Shown: positions 51,921-63,128, numbered from the stretch's first letter. The stretch: DNA of 64,000 nt from Synechococcales cyanobacterium VAR_4_metabat_354 (GCA_031414775.1 JANOQI010000062.1:32001-96000); one strand, 5' to 3'. The notes: a model not told the origin generated them from the letters alone. Numbers and translations are program-made.

Positions 51921-52721
51921 CTAGCCTTCGCTTTCGGAGGGGGTGGAATTGATCACAGACGGAGCCAAGTAAGCTACCAAAACTCCAATCAAAAAGCCAG
52001 CACAGTTCCGAAGTAGCGGTACCAAGTCGGCAGTGCGCGTAATCACTGGGGCAACACCAAAAGCAATGAACAGAATCCCCCACAGTGGCGAAAATATTAA
52101 CGCCCATTGCCAAGCAAAAGTTTGGCCAGGTTTACGCGGGTAAGCCGCAAATCCACAGATGATTCCGCCCAAGATAGAAGCACTTAAGGTAAGCAGCCAC
52201 TGTTCCTGCGGCAATCCGGGTACTACGATACAGCCACCTTTGGCCAAGCAACCTTTGACAGCACTTAATGAGTCTAGAATCGCCCCATCTTCCCCGTGTT
52301 CTCGTACGTAATACATATTACCAAAGCGGGTTTGCAGCTCAATCCAGAAGCTACGCGGCATTAACCGATAAGCTGTGTTACCAACATTAAAGTTCAAGAT
52401 ATTGCCACCGCGCGAATCGGCCACCAACAACACACTTTTATCATCTAAGCCCCAATACTTCTTCACCGATCGCCCTGGTGTTCGATCGAACTGCGTTAAA
52501 ACTCGCAGTTTCCAGCCAGTTTCCGTCTCAAACTGACCAATTTCAGTAGCGAGCCGCTCTTCTTGAAAAGGAGTGAGAGCTTTAGCTAAGTCGATAATGG
52601 GAGTTTGTTCTTTGGGCAGCAAGTCAGGATTGTCGTAAGCCAAAGCTGCTGGAGCATTGAAAAAAAGGCAGAAGCTAAAAAAAATGGTAAGTAGCGGCAG
52701 CAGAAGACGGCGACGAATCAT
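51921..52721 (-). CDS. TPM-domain thylakoid protein
   Basis: YDNPDLLP, GWKLRVLTQ and FWIELQTRFGN motifs. Confidence 0.85.
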   Translation of the reverse strand: MIRRRLLLPLLTIFFSFCLFFNAPAALAYDNPDLLPKEQTPIIDLAKALTPFQEERLATEIGQFETETGWKLRVLTQFDRTPGRSVKKYWGLDDKSVLLVADSRGGNILNFNVGNTAYRLMPRSFWIELQTRFGNMYYVREHGEDGAILDSLSAVKGCLAKGGCIVVPGLPQEQWLLTLSASILGGIICGFAAYPRKPGQTFAWQWALIFSPLWGILFIAFGVAPVITRTADLVPLLRNCAGFLIGVLVAYLAPSVINSTPSESEG

Positions 52722-52851
52722 ATGACAAGGGTACTAAAAGAATTATGGGGGCGTGAAATTTAAGTATATAAATGTTTATATTTCTTCTAATGTAGCAAAA
52801 AATAACCCCTAGTGATCCCCAGAGGTTACTATTCATAAATGTTAGGTGGAA

Positions 52852-54279
52852 TTACTGGTCAGCAGCACCCTCTGCCCATTCCGTGTGGAATACACCGGGT
52901 TTATCGGTGCGTTCATAGGTGTGCGCCCCAAAGTAATCGCGCTGTGCCTGAGTCAGATTTTGGGGCAGATTAGTCCGCCGGTAGCTATCAAAATAGTCTA
53001 AAGAAGCACTAAAGGCCGGAACTGCAATGCCCAACAGTGCCGCTTGACTAAGAACTTCCCGCCAAGCAGCCTGTCGATCGAGGATCGTCTGCTTAAACTC
53101 TTTGGCTAACAATAGGTTAGGCAGATCTGGTTGATCTCTAAAAGCTTGCTTAATGCTGCCCAAGAAGCCAGCTTGAATAATGCAACCGCCTTTCCAGATC
53201 CCAGCAATATCGCCCAGCTTGAGCTGATATTTATTAACTTGAGATGCTGTATTTAGCAAAGCCATACCCTGAGCATAGGAACAAATCTTAGAGCAATACA
53301 AAGCATCCCGGATTTGGTTAATGAAAGTAGCTTTGTCACCAGTAAATTTAGCAGTGGGGCCAGTAAGAATCTGCGCTGCTGCCACCCGCTCAGTCTTGAG
53401 GCTAGACATAATTCGGGCATTAACTGCCGCGATAATGGTCGGAATCGGCACGCCTAATTCCAGCGCACTTTGAACTGTCCAACGGCCGGTACCTTTCTGA
53501 CCAGCCGCATCCATAATCAGCTCAACCAGGGCTTGGTTAGTTTCGGGATCGATCACCTTAAAGATGTCAGCGGTAATTCTAATTAAGAAAGATTCCAGTT
53601 CAGCAGTCTTGTTCCAGTCGGTAAATACCTGATGGATCTCTTGATGGTCTAGACCCAATACATTCTTAAGCAAGTCATAAGCTTCGGCAATTAGCTGCAT
53701 ATCGCCATATTCAATGCCGTTGTGCACCATTTTCACGTAGTGACCAGCACCACCGGGACCAATATAAGTAACACAGGGACCATCATCTACCTGAGCAGCA
53801 ATTTTCACCAAGATCGGTTCGAGGTTCTTATAAGCAGCTTCCGTACCACCAGGCATCAGACTAGGGCCTTTCAAGGCTCCTTCTTCGCCACCACTCACAC
53901 CCATGCCGATGAAGGTGAGGCCAGTGTTTTCTAATTCGGTGGTGCGACGGGCAGTGTCATCAAATAGCGAGTTACCACCATCGATAATGGTGTCGCCTTT
54001 CGCTAGTAGGGGTTTGAGCTGTTGAATTACGGCATCTACTGGACCACCAGCCTTGACCATAACTAATATGCGGCGGGGCTGCTCAAGGCTGGCCACGAAT
54101 TCTTCGAGGGTAAATGCGGCTTTGACATTTTTTCCTTGGGCGCGGGTGGCCATGAAAGTATCGGTCTTTTCCCGCGATCGGTTAAAAACAGAAACAGAGA
54201 AACCTTTGCTTTCAACGTTGAGAGCCAGATTTTCACCCATTACTGCTAGGCCAATCACACCAAAGCTTTGTAAAGTCAT
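52852..54279 (-). CDS. gnd: 6-phosphogluconate dehydrogenase (decarboxylating)
   Basis: GLAVMGENL, VKMVHNGIEY and QAQRDYFGAHT motifs. Confidence 0.98.
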   Translation of the reverse strand: MTLQSFGVIGLAVMGENLALNVESKGFSVSVFNRSREKTDTFMATRAQGKNVKAAFTLEEFVASLEQPRRILVMVKAGGPVDAVIQQLKPLLAKGDTIIDGGNSLFDDTARRTTELENTGLTFIGMGVSGGEEGALKGPSLMPGGTEAAYKNLEPILVKIAAQVDDGPCVTYIGPGGAGHYVKMVHNGIEYGDMQLIAEAYDLLKNVLGLDHQEIHQVFTDWNKTAELESFLIRITADIFKVIDPETNQALVELIMDAAGQKGTGRWTVQSALELGVPIPTIIAAVNARIMSSLKTERVAAAQILTGPTAKFTGDKATFINQIRDALYCSKICSYAQGMALLNTASQVNKYQLKLGDIAGIWKGGCIIQAGFLGSIKQAFRDQPDLPNLLLAKEFKQTILDRQAAWREVLSQAALLGIAVPAFSASLDYFDSYRRTNLPQNLTQAQRDYFGAHTYERTDKPGVFHTEWAEGAADQ

Positions 54280-54371
54280 AAATAGAGATTGTGAAGTTTT
54301 GCCGTTTTTTTTAGGTTAACTGATCCCCATCGCAGTGGTCTAAATATGGAGGAAACTTAAGATTTCAGAAC

Positions 54372-54400
54372 AAAAAAAGCGGCTTACAGCCGCTTTTTTT
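54372..54400. terminator. Intrinsic terminator of the porin gene
   Basis: aaaaaaagcggct-tac-agccgcttttttt. Confidence 0.85.
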
Positions 54401-54417
54401 ATTCTGAAATACTTTAC

Positions 54418-56073
54418 TTAGAATGTGAAAGTAGTTCTGACAGTACCAATAAGCGCGCCACCAGCATTGGGGTCTGCTTGGTTAGGGTTAGTCAAGTAGA
54501 TCAAGCCTGGAGTGATCGACAGACCATCATTCAGCTTGTACTTATAAAAAGTCTCCAAATGATAAGAACTATTAGCACCAGGTACACCGATCGCCGCAGC
54601 GTTAGTGACAGTCGGAGCCTGACCAGCAAAGAAACCTAGCAAGTTGCCTGGTTGACCAAAGTTAGGCAGAGCCACTCCAACACCATAAGTTAGGACATCA
54701 GCATTCGGGCTACCACCAGCCGCTAGAGCTGCGGAAGTCTTGCTGATAAAGCCACTCAACGACAGGTTATCACTAGCTTTATAAGCTGCAGATAGTCCAT
54801 AAGAGTTACTAGTAGAAAAACCACCAGGAATACCGGTTGGATTGGTTGTTGGGTCTTGAGCGGCAGTCAAGGAAGAACCAACGATCGGACCAGCACTACC
54901 AAAGTTGTAGATAGCACCACCATCATGATAAGCATTGACATAAGTTAAACCGAAGTCAAACTTATCGCTAGGCTTAAAGTTGACTTGTGCCAAGAAAGAA
55001 TTACGACCGCCGAAAAGTCCCTTAGTGGGGTCATTGGCAGCAGTGCCACCAAAATAGCTGAGATTCACAGAATCTAGAAAAGTACTATTACCGTCATTTA
55101 GAGGAATTGCTAGGCCAATCCCAGTACCACCACCAATTTTATAAATGGGGTTTTCTTCAGCGAAGAAAGACAGCGCTCCATTCCCACCATCAAAATCTTG
55201 GAAATAAGGGTTGTGAGTTTCAGCGTAGTCCGAATGGATACCATTTACAGCAGCGGTGTAGACAGTAGATTTACCCACTGGAAATTGATAGGCCAACCAG
55301 TCTATTCCTACATTGTTGTTGGAGTAACCAGCGTAAGTAGGATTACCTTCAACTGGTACTGCTCCATTCTTTAAGTTGCCGTAACCGCTAAAGTTACCAG
55401 CAGCCAAACGAGTGAATAGTTTGTCTTTACCAGTAAAGCTAGTTTCTAGTAAGAGGCGCACCCGGTCGCTAAGCGTACCATTACTACCGGCTACACCACC
55501 ACTGATCACGCCATTCAATCCAAAAACCACCTCGCCTTTCAGCTTGGTAGTCGTCGAAAACTGACTGGTTTGGGATTGGGCTAGTGAAGTGCGTTCCGCC
55601 TTCTCAATACGGGCATCTAAAGTACTGAGTTCTGCCCGAAACTCTTGAGTTAAGCGACGTAGTACTTCTAAATCTTGAGCAGAAACATCACTGGAGTTAT
55701 TAGCCAAAACTGGCTCGGCTTTTTTAAGGCAAGCATTAAGACCATTAGCAAAATCTTCACGAGAAATAGCTGCACCAGTCAAACTAGCATCGCATTTATA
55801 TTTACTTTCTAAGCTTTTTAGCGAGGTGTATTGCCAATCGGCAGGCTTAATTAAAGCGCCGGATTCTGCTACTGCGGCGTTCTTCGCAACTAGGGCACCA
55901 GATGTAGTATCAGCGACAATTCCACCGACTTCATCTAGGTTAGTGGAAACTGTCTTAATAGAAATTTCTTCTGACTTAACGTTTGATGCAGCAAAGGCGT
56001 TAGCAGATGCAAAAAAACTGATGGCATATGCTGCGGGGACTGCAAACAGTAACTTCCATGAAATATTTGACAT
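54418..56073 (-). CDS. Cyanobacterial outer-membrane porin (SLH-like + OprB, iron-uptake porin family)
   Basis: Signal peptide, QFSTTTKLKGEV, C-terminal GTVRTTFTF. Confidence 0.92.
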   Translation of the reverse strand: MSNISWKLLFAVPAAYAISFFASANAFAASNVKSEEISIKTVSTNLDEVGGIVADTTSGALVAKNAAVAESGALIKPADWQYTSLKSLESKYKCDASLTGAAISREDFANGLNACLKKAEPVLANNSSDVSAQDLEVLRRLTQEFRAELSTLDARIEKAERTSLAQSQTSQFSTTTKLKGEVVFGLNGVISGGVAGSNGTLSDRVRLLLETSFTGKDKLFTRLAAGNFSGYGNLKNGAVPVEGNPTYAGYSNNNVGIDWLAYQFPVGKSTVYTAAVNGIHSDYAETHNPYFQDFDGGNGALSFFAEENPIYKIGGGTGIGLAIPLNDGNSTFLDSVNLSYFGGTAANDPTKGLFGGRNSFLAQVNFKPSDKFDFGLTYVNAYHDGGAIYNFGSAGPIVGSSLTAAQDPTTNPTGIPGGFSTSNSYGLSAAYKASDNLSLSGFISKTSAALAAGGSPNADVLTYGVGVALPNFGQPGNLLGFFAGQAPTVTNAAAIGVPGANSSYHLETFYKYKLNDGLSITPGLIYLTNPNQADPNAGGALIGTVRTTFTF

Positions 56074-56404
56074 AACTTTAAATGTTTCTCCTCAGGCACT
56101 ATTGATTTAGTATTTCGCTCACTGCCAAGCAATGGTAGGTTCAGTAACACTTTGTATTACTGACATTATATGTACAACAACTTTACTTCCAGAATAGTCT
56201 GGAGACCCAGCAGTCATATTATGATCTTCAATCATGACAGTTTTGTATGACTTGATACTATCCTGTTGAGCTGGTAACTTTGCTGATGTTAAAAGCAATC
56301 GTAACAGTCTCTTCAGCAGAGCAAGGCATTGAGCGATTCTGTATAATTTGTATCAAAAAATACTATTAGCAATTATACCCAGGTTGTTCTGGTAAATCTA
56401 CCAC

Positions 56405-56675
56405 CAAAACTATCCGCCCCCGCAGCTATCTGGTCAATACCAAAATAACTACAGGGGCGGTCTAGCGGATTTCCATCGCTGGAACCTGACTGCCAGGAAA
56501 ACTCCAAGCATCTTTAAGGCTTAAACTGTCTCGCGTCGCTTAGAGAACAGTCCCGGCACACAGCCGGCTAGCTCCAGTCTGCAAACCCATCAATTTACTA
56601 CTATCTGGCATCGGCACCACCTCCTATTTACTGAAAGGACACTGAGGTTGAGCAACGATTCGTTCTAACCTACTA
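56405..56675 (-). ncRNA. Putative sRNA divergent from ruvX (possibly PmgR1-like) containing a 23-codon sORF
   Basis: Minus-strand TATAAT at 56681-56686; AGGAGGTG SD then ATG 56611; GC-rich terminal hairpin ccgcccc...ggggcgg (56414-56460). Confidence 0.5.
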
Positions 56676-56706
56676 AAATCATTATAGCCTTTGAGACACG
56701 GCAATT

Positions 56707-57159
56707 GTGATATATATTTCGGCTTTAGCTTTAGATGTGGGTAGCAAAAGAATTGGGGTGGCGGGCTGTGATGGGACGGGTCTAATTGCAACGGGCATCA
56801 TGACGATCGATCGAACTTCTTTTGAACAGGACTTGGCAGTTATTCGACAGTTGATTGCCGATCGATCTGTTTCTATGTTGGTAGTGGGTCTGCCCTATAC
56901 CTTGGCGGGGGAGCTAGGCGCTCAGGCCAGGCAGGTGCAAAAATTTGCGCGGCGAGTGGCTAAAGCCGTGGAGCTGCCGGTGGAGTATATGGATGAGCGG
57001 CTAACTTCGGTGACGGCAGAGCAGCTGATGATCGCGGCGGGTCAGTCGCCCAGGGATGATAAAGGCATGATCGATCGGAAGGCGGCAGCGCTAATCTTGC
57101 AAGACTGGCTGAATCAGCGACGTGCTCAGCTAGATGCTGACTCTGTTGCAAAAAAGTAA
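56707..57159 (+). CDS. ruvX: Holliday junction resolvase-like YqgF/RuvX
   Basis: LALDVGSKRIGVA, VVGLP, DERLTS and IDRKAAALILQ motifs. Confidence 0.93.
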   Translation: MIYISALALDVGSKRIGVAGCDGTGLIATGIMTIDRTSFEQDLAVIRQLIADRSVSMLVVGLPYTLAGELGAQARQVQKFARRVAKAVELPVEYMDERLTSVTAEQLMIAAGQSPRDDKGMIDRKAAALILQDWLNQRRAQLDADSVAKK

Positions 57160-57187
57160 AGTTTTGGTTTCAGGCATCAGACCGAAT

Positions 57188-58705
57188 TCATACTTTTAGG
57201 CCCAAGTCCACCGCCATCCGGTGGGCACAAGCAAAGCCCGAAAAAGCCACGGCATTTAATCCTTGACCAGGAAAAGTACTGTCACCCACACAGTAAAGAC
57301 CAGGTATTTTGGTGCGATTGAAAGGCATTGGTAATAAACCCGCTAATTTACGGCGGGGCATCGGGCCATAACTGCCATCGACTCGTCCTAAAAAGCGCCG
57401 ATGGCTGCGCGGGGTGCCAATTTCTAAGAAATCAATTCCTTGATCGAGTCCGGGAAATAATTTTTCTAATCGATCGATCAAGACTCCTGCTTGGATTTCT
57501 TTCTGTTGCTCATATTCAACTGCTGTTAGATCTTGCCAATCATCTAACCAGCTGGGTGTAAAAGCATGAATGATGTGATATCCCGGCGGAGCCAGGTCGG
57601 GATCAAGCAAGGTAGGAATAGAAACAAATAAAACACCAGCTGCGCTTCTAGCCTCAGTCATTTTGTCCCAATTAGCCAACTGAATGTGATGGCATTCAGT
57701 ACCGGCGGGTAGTACGGCGGCAGCTACTCCGATATGGAGACTGAGAAAGCTGGGAGATTTTTGATAGTTGTGTTGCCATTTTTGTTCGCGGCGAGGCAAG
57801 GGAACATCAGCCAGTAATTTACCAAAGGTGTCCCAGCGGGTGGCGTTGGAAACAATTTTTTGGGCATAGATTTTTTGGCCATTAACCAGCTCGACTCCCA
57901 CCGCTTGACCACCAGCCATCATAATTTGTTGGACGCGGGCACGGTACTGGATTTCGCCACCATGTTTTTCTAGTCCTTCTACTAGTTTTTGGGCAATCTG
58001 ACCCACCCCACCCTTGGGGTAGTTGATACCACCATAATGTCGATCAGAGAACACCATCCCCGCGTTAATCATCGGGGTCAAATCCGCCGGGACTACTGAC
58101 CAGGAATAACACTCAATATCAATAAACTTAAGGACTTGAGGATCTTTGATGTATTTTCGGGCAATATCCCCAGCATTTACTGGCAGATATTTAGCTAGAC
58201 CCAGACAGGATAAAGGTTTTTGAAAAAAGACCCGGGTCAGATAACGAATTTCTTCTAAGGACAACAAGTCCATGGAGTTTAGGCAATTGAAGACTTGCCA
58301 GCATTCATCATAGAACTTGCGAATGCCGATCGCCTCATGGGGAAACTTGCTGACTAATTCTTGAATGAATTGCTCATAATCGCGATGAACCTTGATGTCC
58401 AAATCCCCTGGCAGATGGTAGTGAATTTGCACCGGATCAGGAATGGTTTCAATACTCATCCCGACATCGGCGAGGGCTTTAGTCAGCAGGTTGGTAGTAC
58501 CTTGGCTGCCAAATCCAAAAATCATCGAAGCCCCCACATCAAAGCGATAGCCCTCTCGATCAAAGTAACCCGCGCTGCCTCCTGGAATCAAATAACTCTC
58601 TAAAACCAATACTTTTGCACCTTTGGCCGCTAGCTGAGTGGCCGTCACCAATCCGCCAATTCCGGAGCCAATTACAACGACATCATGTTGGTCTTGAGCA
58701 AGCAT
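57188..58705 (-). CDS. crtH: Carotenoid isomerase
   Basis: [30 protein letters not shown] and [13 protein letters not shown] motifs. Confidence 0.95.
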   Translation of the reverse strand: MLAQDQHDVVVIGSGIGGLVTATQLAAKGAKVLVLESYLIPGGSAGYFDREGYRFDVGASMIFGFGSQGTTNLLTKALADVGMSIETIPDPVQIHYHLPGDLDIKVHRDYEQFIQELVSKFPHEAIGIRKFYDECWQVFNCLNSMDLLSLEEIRYLTRVFFQKPLSCLGLAKYLPVNAGDIARKYIKDPQVLKFIDIECYSWSVVPADLTPMINAGMVFSDRHYGGINYPKGGVGQIAQKLVEGLEKHGGEIQYRARVQQIMMAGGQAVGVELVNGQKIYAQKIVSNATRWDTFGKLLADVPLPRREQKWQHNYQKSPSFLSLHIGVAAAVLPAGTECHHIQLANWDKMTEARSAAGVLFVSIPTLLDPDLAPPGYHIIHAFTPSWLDDWQDLTAVEYEQQKEIQAGVLIDRLEKLFPGLDQGIDFLEIGTPRSHRRFLGRVDGSYGPMPRRKLAGLLPMPFNRTKIPGLYCVGDSTFPGQGLNAVAFSGFACAHRMAVDLGLKV

Positions 58706-59219
58706 AGAAAAAATGAATATAAAAGCGCTGCTAAATAGTTTAGCTGTTTCCTGGCTACCGATCACTAGTTCCAATTCAAATCGAGCCATGGATCATCTTA
58801 ATCAGCAAAATCTGTTCTGTTGATTTTTCAAAAGGCGAACACTCTAAATAACGATTACAAAGACTGTGTTTTGGGAATTTATCAAATCACTATTAGAAGA
58901 CTCCACAAATACCGAGCCAGTGTAATTTATATTGACAATAGTGTGAATTTATATTAGGTAATAGAATGGAGTTTTCTATTCTATTACCTAAAGAAATTGA
59001 GGAGAAAACTAATATACTGCACATAACATATAGCTATAAATCAGTAGTCATTTTAAAATCCCCAGAAAGCCATTTAGCTGAAATACTTGATTTACTAGAA
59101 TCAAGTTTGACAACATAGTCTGCATTGGAGTAAGTTAGACAAAACAGTTGCCAAAAGTAATAGTCTCAGCTCCAATATTAACTATTCCACTCCAATCAAA
59201 AGAAATCAAGAAAACTAAT

Positions 59220-59690
59220 ATGCAGGAATTGACATCGACTAAATTAGAGACGATGGGTATTTTCTCTGAGATGGAGTCAATGATCATACTTCAGGGAAAA
59301 AAGTTTAGTCGTGGCCCATCTTTCTCTTTAAAAAATCGTGCAATTGGAATTAGTTTCTGTGAGCGAGAAGAACGAAGAGGATATGACTTTTTGCTAGTAG
59401 CAAGTGCAACATCAGTGACAGTTTGGAAAGAAATAAAAACTACAATAGAAACTTCAAATAGCTCTTTTTTTGAGTTGGACAAGCAGAATTTTGTTGAATG
59501 CTGTCGCCAAGAATTAACTAAGTGTATTGGCCCTATAGCTTTATTAATTATGGATGAACTAATCTCTGATTTGAAATTGAAAACTCCTACTCAGTTTTTA
59601 GATCGAATCGAGGCGCAAATTCCAGACTCCAAATTAGTTACTGAGTTCCGATCTAATGTTATGTCAGCTTGGAATCCAGAAAGTTTTTAA
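59220..59690 (+). CDS. Hypothetical protein
   Basis: AT-rich ORF with C-terminal ELTKCIGPIA motif. Confidence 0.6.
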   Translation: MQELTSTKLETMGIFSEMESMIILQGKKFSRGPSFSLKNRAIGISFCEREERRGYDFLLVASATSVTVWKEIKTTIETSNSSFFELDKQNFVECCRQELTKCIGPIALLIMDELISDLKLKTPTQFLDRIEAQIPDSKLVTEFRSNVMSAWNPESF

Positions 59691-60629
59691 CTATTTCTTT
59701 GGTGTATGAATCCGGGTAATAGCCATTTGCAAACTGATACCCAGTCGATCGATCGATTGAGAAAGTAAACCAATTTCATCTTGACGTTGACTATCCAATT
59801 TCTGATCTAGATCTCCCATACTAATTGATTCCACAATGTGAGCAATTCTAGTAATAGGCTTGACTACTTGTTGCTGCAACCAACGGTGCAGTGTGGTAAT
59901 CGCAATTCCAAAGATAACAAGTGTGACTAACGCGATCGAGATAAATAATTGCTGAGCATTACTCAGAATTTTCTGAGCCGGAACCAATACTATTTGGGCA
60001 CCAATAATTTCGTTAAGATGCCAGTTAAACCCATTTTTGGTACCATATTTAGCAATCATCTGTTTTGGTGCTTTGGCCGGTGTACTATGACATTCTAAAC
60101 AACTTTTTTGAGAAACTGATAGGGGACGAGCAATATAAAAAACATCGTGATTTATCCGAGGAGTACTTGCTAAGAATCCAGATTTTTCCTTGAGGTTAAA
60201 ATCATTACGAAACTGTTCGATAATCTTGGACTCAAAAGAATCAGCTTTATCATTAATATTAGTAGGATTTAGAGCCGTTTCTCGGTAAAGAAAATCTTTG
60301 TACTGAGGATTTTTTCGTAAGTTTTCAAAAACAGTATGAGCAGAAAATGCCGGAACAACTTCAGGTGAAAATTTGGCTGTGATCTGTTTACTTAACTGGG
60401 GTGTAATATTGCTAGTAGTATAGTCTCGCACTGAATTCATTGTCTCCATGAGAATCATGGCTTTCGAGCTTACTTCTTGCTGGGCTTTTTGGTTAACCAT
60501 AAATGTAATGAAAATGCCACTAATCATCATGCCAATTAAAAAAATCAGACAAGTGATAACAGTGAGCTTTTGAGTAAGACGAAGTCTTTGTAAAAATCTT
60601 TGTAAAAAAAGTGATTTCAGGATAGTCAT
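59691..60629 (-). CDS. Membrane sensor with Tll0287/DUF3365 heme-c domain and HAMP domain, no output domain
   Basis: TM, ALNPTN..D, CLECH (CxxCH), TM, HAMP (DEIG.L). Confidence 0.85.
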   Translation of the reverse strand: MTILKSLFLQRFLQRLRLTQKLTVITCLIFLIGMMISGIFITFMVNQKAQQEVSSKAMILMETMNSVRDYTTSNITPQLSKQITAKFSPEVVPAFSAHTVFENLRKNPQYKDFLYRETALNPTNINDKADSFESKIIEQFRNDFNLKEKSGFLASTPRINHDVFYIARPLSVSQKSCLECHSTPAKAPKQMIAKYGTKNGFNWHLNEIIGAQIVLVPAQKILSNAQQLFISIALVTLVIFGIAITTLHRWLQQQVVKPITRIAHIVESISMGDLDQKLDSQRQDEIGLLSQSIDRLGISLQMAITRIHTPKK

Positions 60630-60816
60630 TTCTGATATATATGTGAAGAATAATTAATTCAAAATCTTGTTTAAGGGCTAAGTATAAAAGATAGTTGATG
60701 CTGGAAATATCACCAAGATTTCAAAGAAAGTGGCACATACGATTGCTAATTGTGAAGATGTTTAAAATTCCAAGAACACGAGTAATTACTTTTTACTATT
60801 CGGATTTAGTTATAAG

Positions 60817-62046
60817 TTAGCAGTGGCTCATTGTATTAATCGCTTCTTCTAAGGCAATGGCCACATGTGTCCAATGGGTACCCCCCTGACAAAAAGCGAT
60901 ATATGGTTCTCGTAATGGTCCATCTGCTGAAAATTCAGAGGTGCTGCCATCAATAAATGTTCCCCCAGCCATGATGAGTTGGTCTTCATAACCAGGTTGA
61001 GCCGCCGGTACGGGGTCGAGATAGGAGCCGATCGGAGAATGTTTTTGGATCGATCGACAAAAAGCTGTTAACTTTTCGGGTGAACCCAACTTAATGGCTT
61101 GAATCACATCCCGACGCGGTGCCAGGGGCGCGGGATTCACCGGATAACCCATTTTGTCGAAAACATAAGCTACTAAATGATTACCCTTTTTAGCTTCTCC
61201 CACCATTTGTGGCGCGAGGAATAGTCCCTGAAACAGCAGCCGGTTTTGCTCAAAGGTGGCACCACCAGCACTGCCAATCCCCGGTGCCGTCAACCGACAG
61301 GCTGCTGCCTCGACTAAGTCCGCCCGACCAGCCACGTAACCACCACTGGTAACGATCGTACCGCCCGGATTTTTGATCAAAGACCCGGCAATTAGATCAG
61401 CTCCTACTGCTGGTGGCTCGCAGTTTTCGATGAATTCGCCATAGCAGTTATCCACAAAGCAAATAGTATCAGGATTCTGTTGTTTGACAATGGCAATGAT
61501 GCGACCGATTTGTTCGATCGATAAAGAAGCTCGCCAAGCATAACCACAGGAACGTTGAATATGTACCAACTTAGTTTCTGGTCGTACGGCTTGAGCTAGA
61601 GCTGCCCAATCCACTTGTTGATCAGCTGTTAAAGGCAGTTCCCGATAGCTCACCCCCAACTCCCGCAAAGAACCCTGGCCGCTACCGCGCACGCCAATTA
61701 CTTCCTCTAGGGTGTCGTAGGGAGCACCGACGACGGCCAGCATTTCGTCCCCTGGTCTTAACACACCATAAAGAGCGCAAGCGATCGCATGAGTACCCGA
61801 GACAAACTGCACCCGTACCACCGCCGCCGCCGCTCCCATTAATTCGGCAAAAACTTTATCAAGGGTCTCCCGACCCAAATCATCATGCCCATAGCCACTT
61901 ACACTGCTGAAATGATGTGTTCCCACCCGGTGATTGCGGAAACTTTGTAAAACTCGATTCAGATTTTCCTTGACTTGTCCATCAATACCAACAAAAATTT
62001 GTATTAAGGCTTTCTCTGCCTCTTGGATCAGTACAGCTTTATTCAT
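60817..62046 (-). CDS. Methionine gamma-lyase / aluminium-resistance (YnbB) family PLP protein
   Basis: SGYGHDDLGR, VSGTHAI, VDNCYGEF and GSLIKNPGG motifs. Confidence 0.9.
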   Translation of the reverse strand: MNKAVLIQEAEKALIQIFVGIDGQVKENLNRVLQSFRNHRVGTHHFSSVSGYGHDDLGRETLDKVFAELMGAAAAVVRVQFVSGTHAIACALYGVLRPGDEMLAVVGAPYDTLEEVIGVRGSGQGSLRELGVSYRELPLTADQQVDWAALAQAVRPETKLVHIQRSCGYAWRASLSIEQIGRIIAIVKQQNPDTICFVDNCYGEFIENCEPPAVGADLIAGSLIKNPGGTIVTSGGYVAGRADLVEAAACRLTAPGIGSAGGATFEQNRLLFQGLFLAPQMVGEAKKGNHLVAYVFDKMGYPVNPAPLAPRRDVIQAIKLGSPEKLTAFCRSIQKHSPIGSYLDPVPAAQPGYEDQLIMAGGTFIDGSTSEFSADGPLREPYIAFCQGGTHWTHVAIALEEAINTMSHC

Positions 62047-62135
62047 GCAGTGGTGCTGGAAGACGGTGTATAGATCTAATTTTGACGTAGATAGGGCATC
62101 TTGAGAATAAACAACAATATATATAGGGTTATTGA

Positions 62136-62945
62136 ATGACTGTTGCGGCATCGAATAAACTGCCCCTAGACTGGGGTGTGATCGTTTTCATGGCTATTAT
62201 TCATCTGGGGGCGATCATAGCCTTCTTGCCTCAATTTTTTAGTTGGGAGGGCGTTGGCGTAGCAGTTTTTCTGCACTGGATTAGCGGTGGCTTAGGTATT
62301 ACTCTTTGCTGGCACCGCATGCTTTCGCACCGCAGCTTTCAAACACCTAAATGGTTGGAGTATCTATTAGCGTTCTGCGGCACGCTGGCCATGCAAGGTG
62401 GCATTATTTGGTGGGTAGGAATGCACCGTCATCACCATTTACATTCTGATAAGGACAACGACCATCACGACTCCAAGAAAGGCTTTTGGTGGAGTCATAT
62501 GCAGTGGATGTTCCATGAAGTCCCCGCCGAAAAAGAAGTGGCTAAATTCACTAAAGATATTGCTAACGATCGCTTTTATCAGTTTTTAGATAAATACTTT
62601 TTGCCCATTCAGATTGTGTTGGGAGTCTTGCTCTATTTCTTAGCTGGCCCATCAATCTTTTTCTGGGGGATTTTTGTCCGGTTGGTATTTGTTTATCACT
62701 GCACCTGGCTAGTAAACAGCGCTACTCATAAGTTTGGTTATCGCACTCATGATACTGATGATCACTCTACTAACTGTTGGTGGGTGGCGATTACTACTTA
62801 CGGCGAAGGTTGGCACAATAATCACCACGCCTATCAATACTCGGCACGTCATGGAATGCAGTGGTGGGAAATTGATATTACTTGGATGACAATTCAAGTT
62901 TTACAGTTTTTCCGACTAGCCAGTAACGTCAAGCTTGTCCAATAG
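62136..62945 (+). CDS. desC: Delta-9 acyl-lipid desaturase
   Basis: His boxes HRMLSH, HRHHH and HNNHH. Confidence 0.92.
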   Translation: MTVAASNKLPLDWGVIVFMAIIHLGAIIAFLPQFFSWEGVGVAVFLHWISGGLGITLCWHRMLSHRSFQTPKWLEYLLAFCGTLAMQGGIIWWVGMHRHHHLHSDKDNDHHDSKKGFWWSHMQWMFHEVPAEKEVAKFTKDIANDRFYQFLDKYFLPIQIVLGVLLYFLAGPSIFFWGIFVRLVFVYHCTWLVNSATHKFGYRTHDTDDHSTNCWWVAITTYGEGWHNNHHAYQYSARHGMQWWEIDITWMTIQVLQFFRLASNVKLVQ

Positions 62946-63020
62946 ACCAAATATAATATCGGTATTATTTAAAAAATTATTCTCTCCAGTAAATTTGGGG
63001 AGATTTTTTTAGCAGATTTT

Positions 63021-63064
63021 TGTGGCCGACGATACATTAACGATGTCTTGCCTATGGCTACGAT
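63021..63064 (+). promoter_or_regulatory. Possible NtcA-type promoter of argZ
   Basis: tGTG-N8-TACa at 63021-63036 and TACGAT (TAN3T) 23 nt after the TAC. Confidence 0.35.
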
Positions 63065-63128
63065 GAAGGAAGCAGACTTCTAAAAAAGCCGATAATGAAA
63101 GTTATTTATGACCCATATCGAGTTAAAC

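Noticed and set aside
56074..56400. Riboswitch upstream of the porin gene
   Set aside because: No recognisable cobalamin, TPP or glutamine aptamer motifs.
62047..62151. N-terminal extension of the YnbB-family ORF overlapping desC
   Set aside because: ATG at 62046 gives a normal length and leaves room for divergent promoters.
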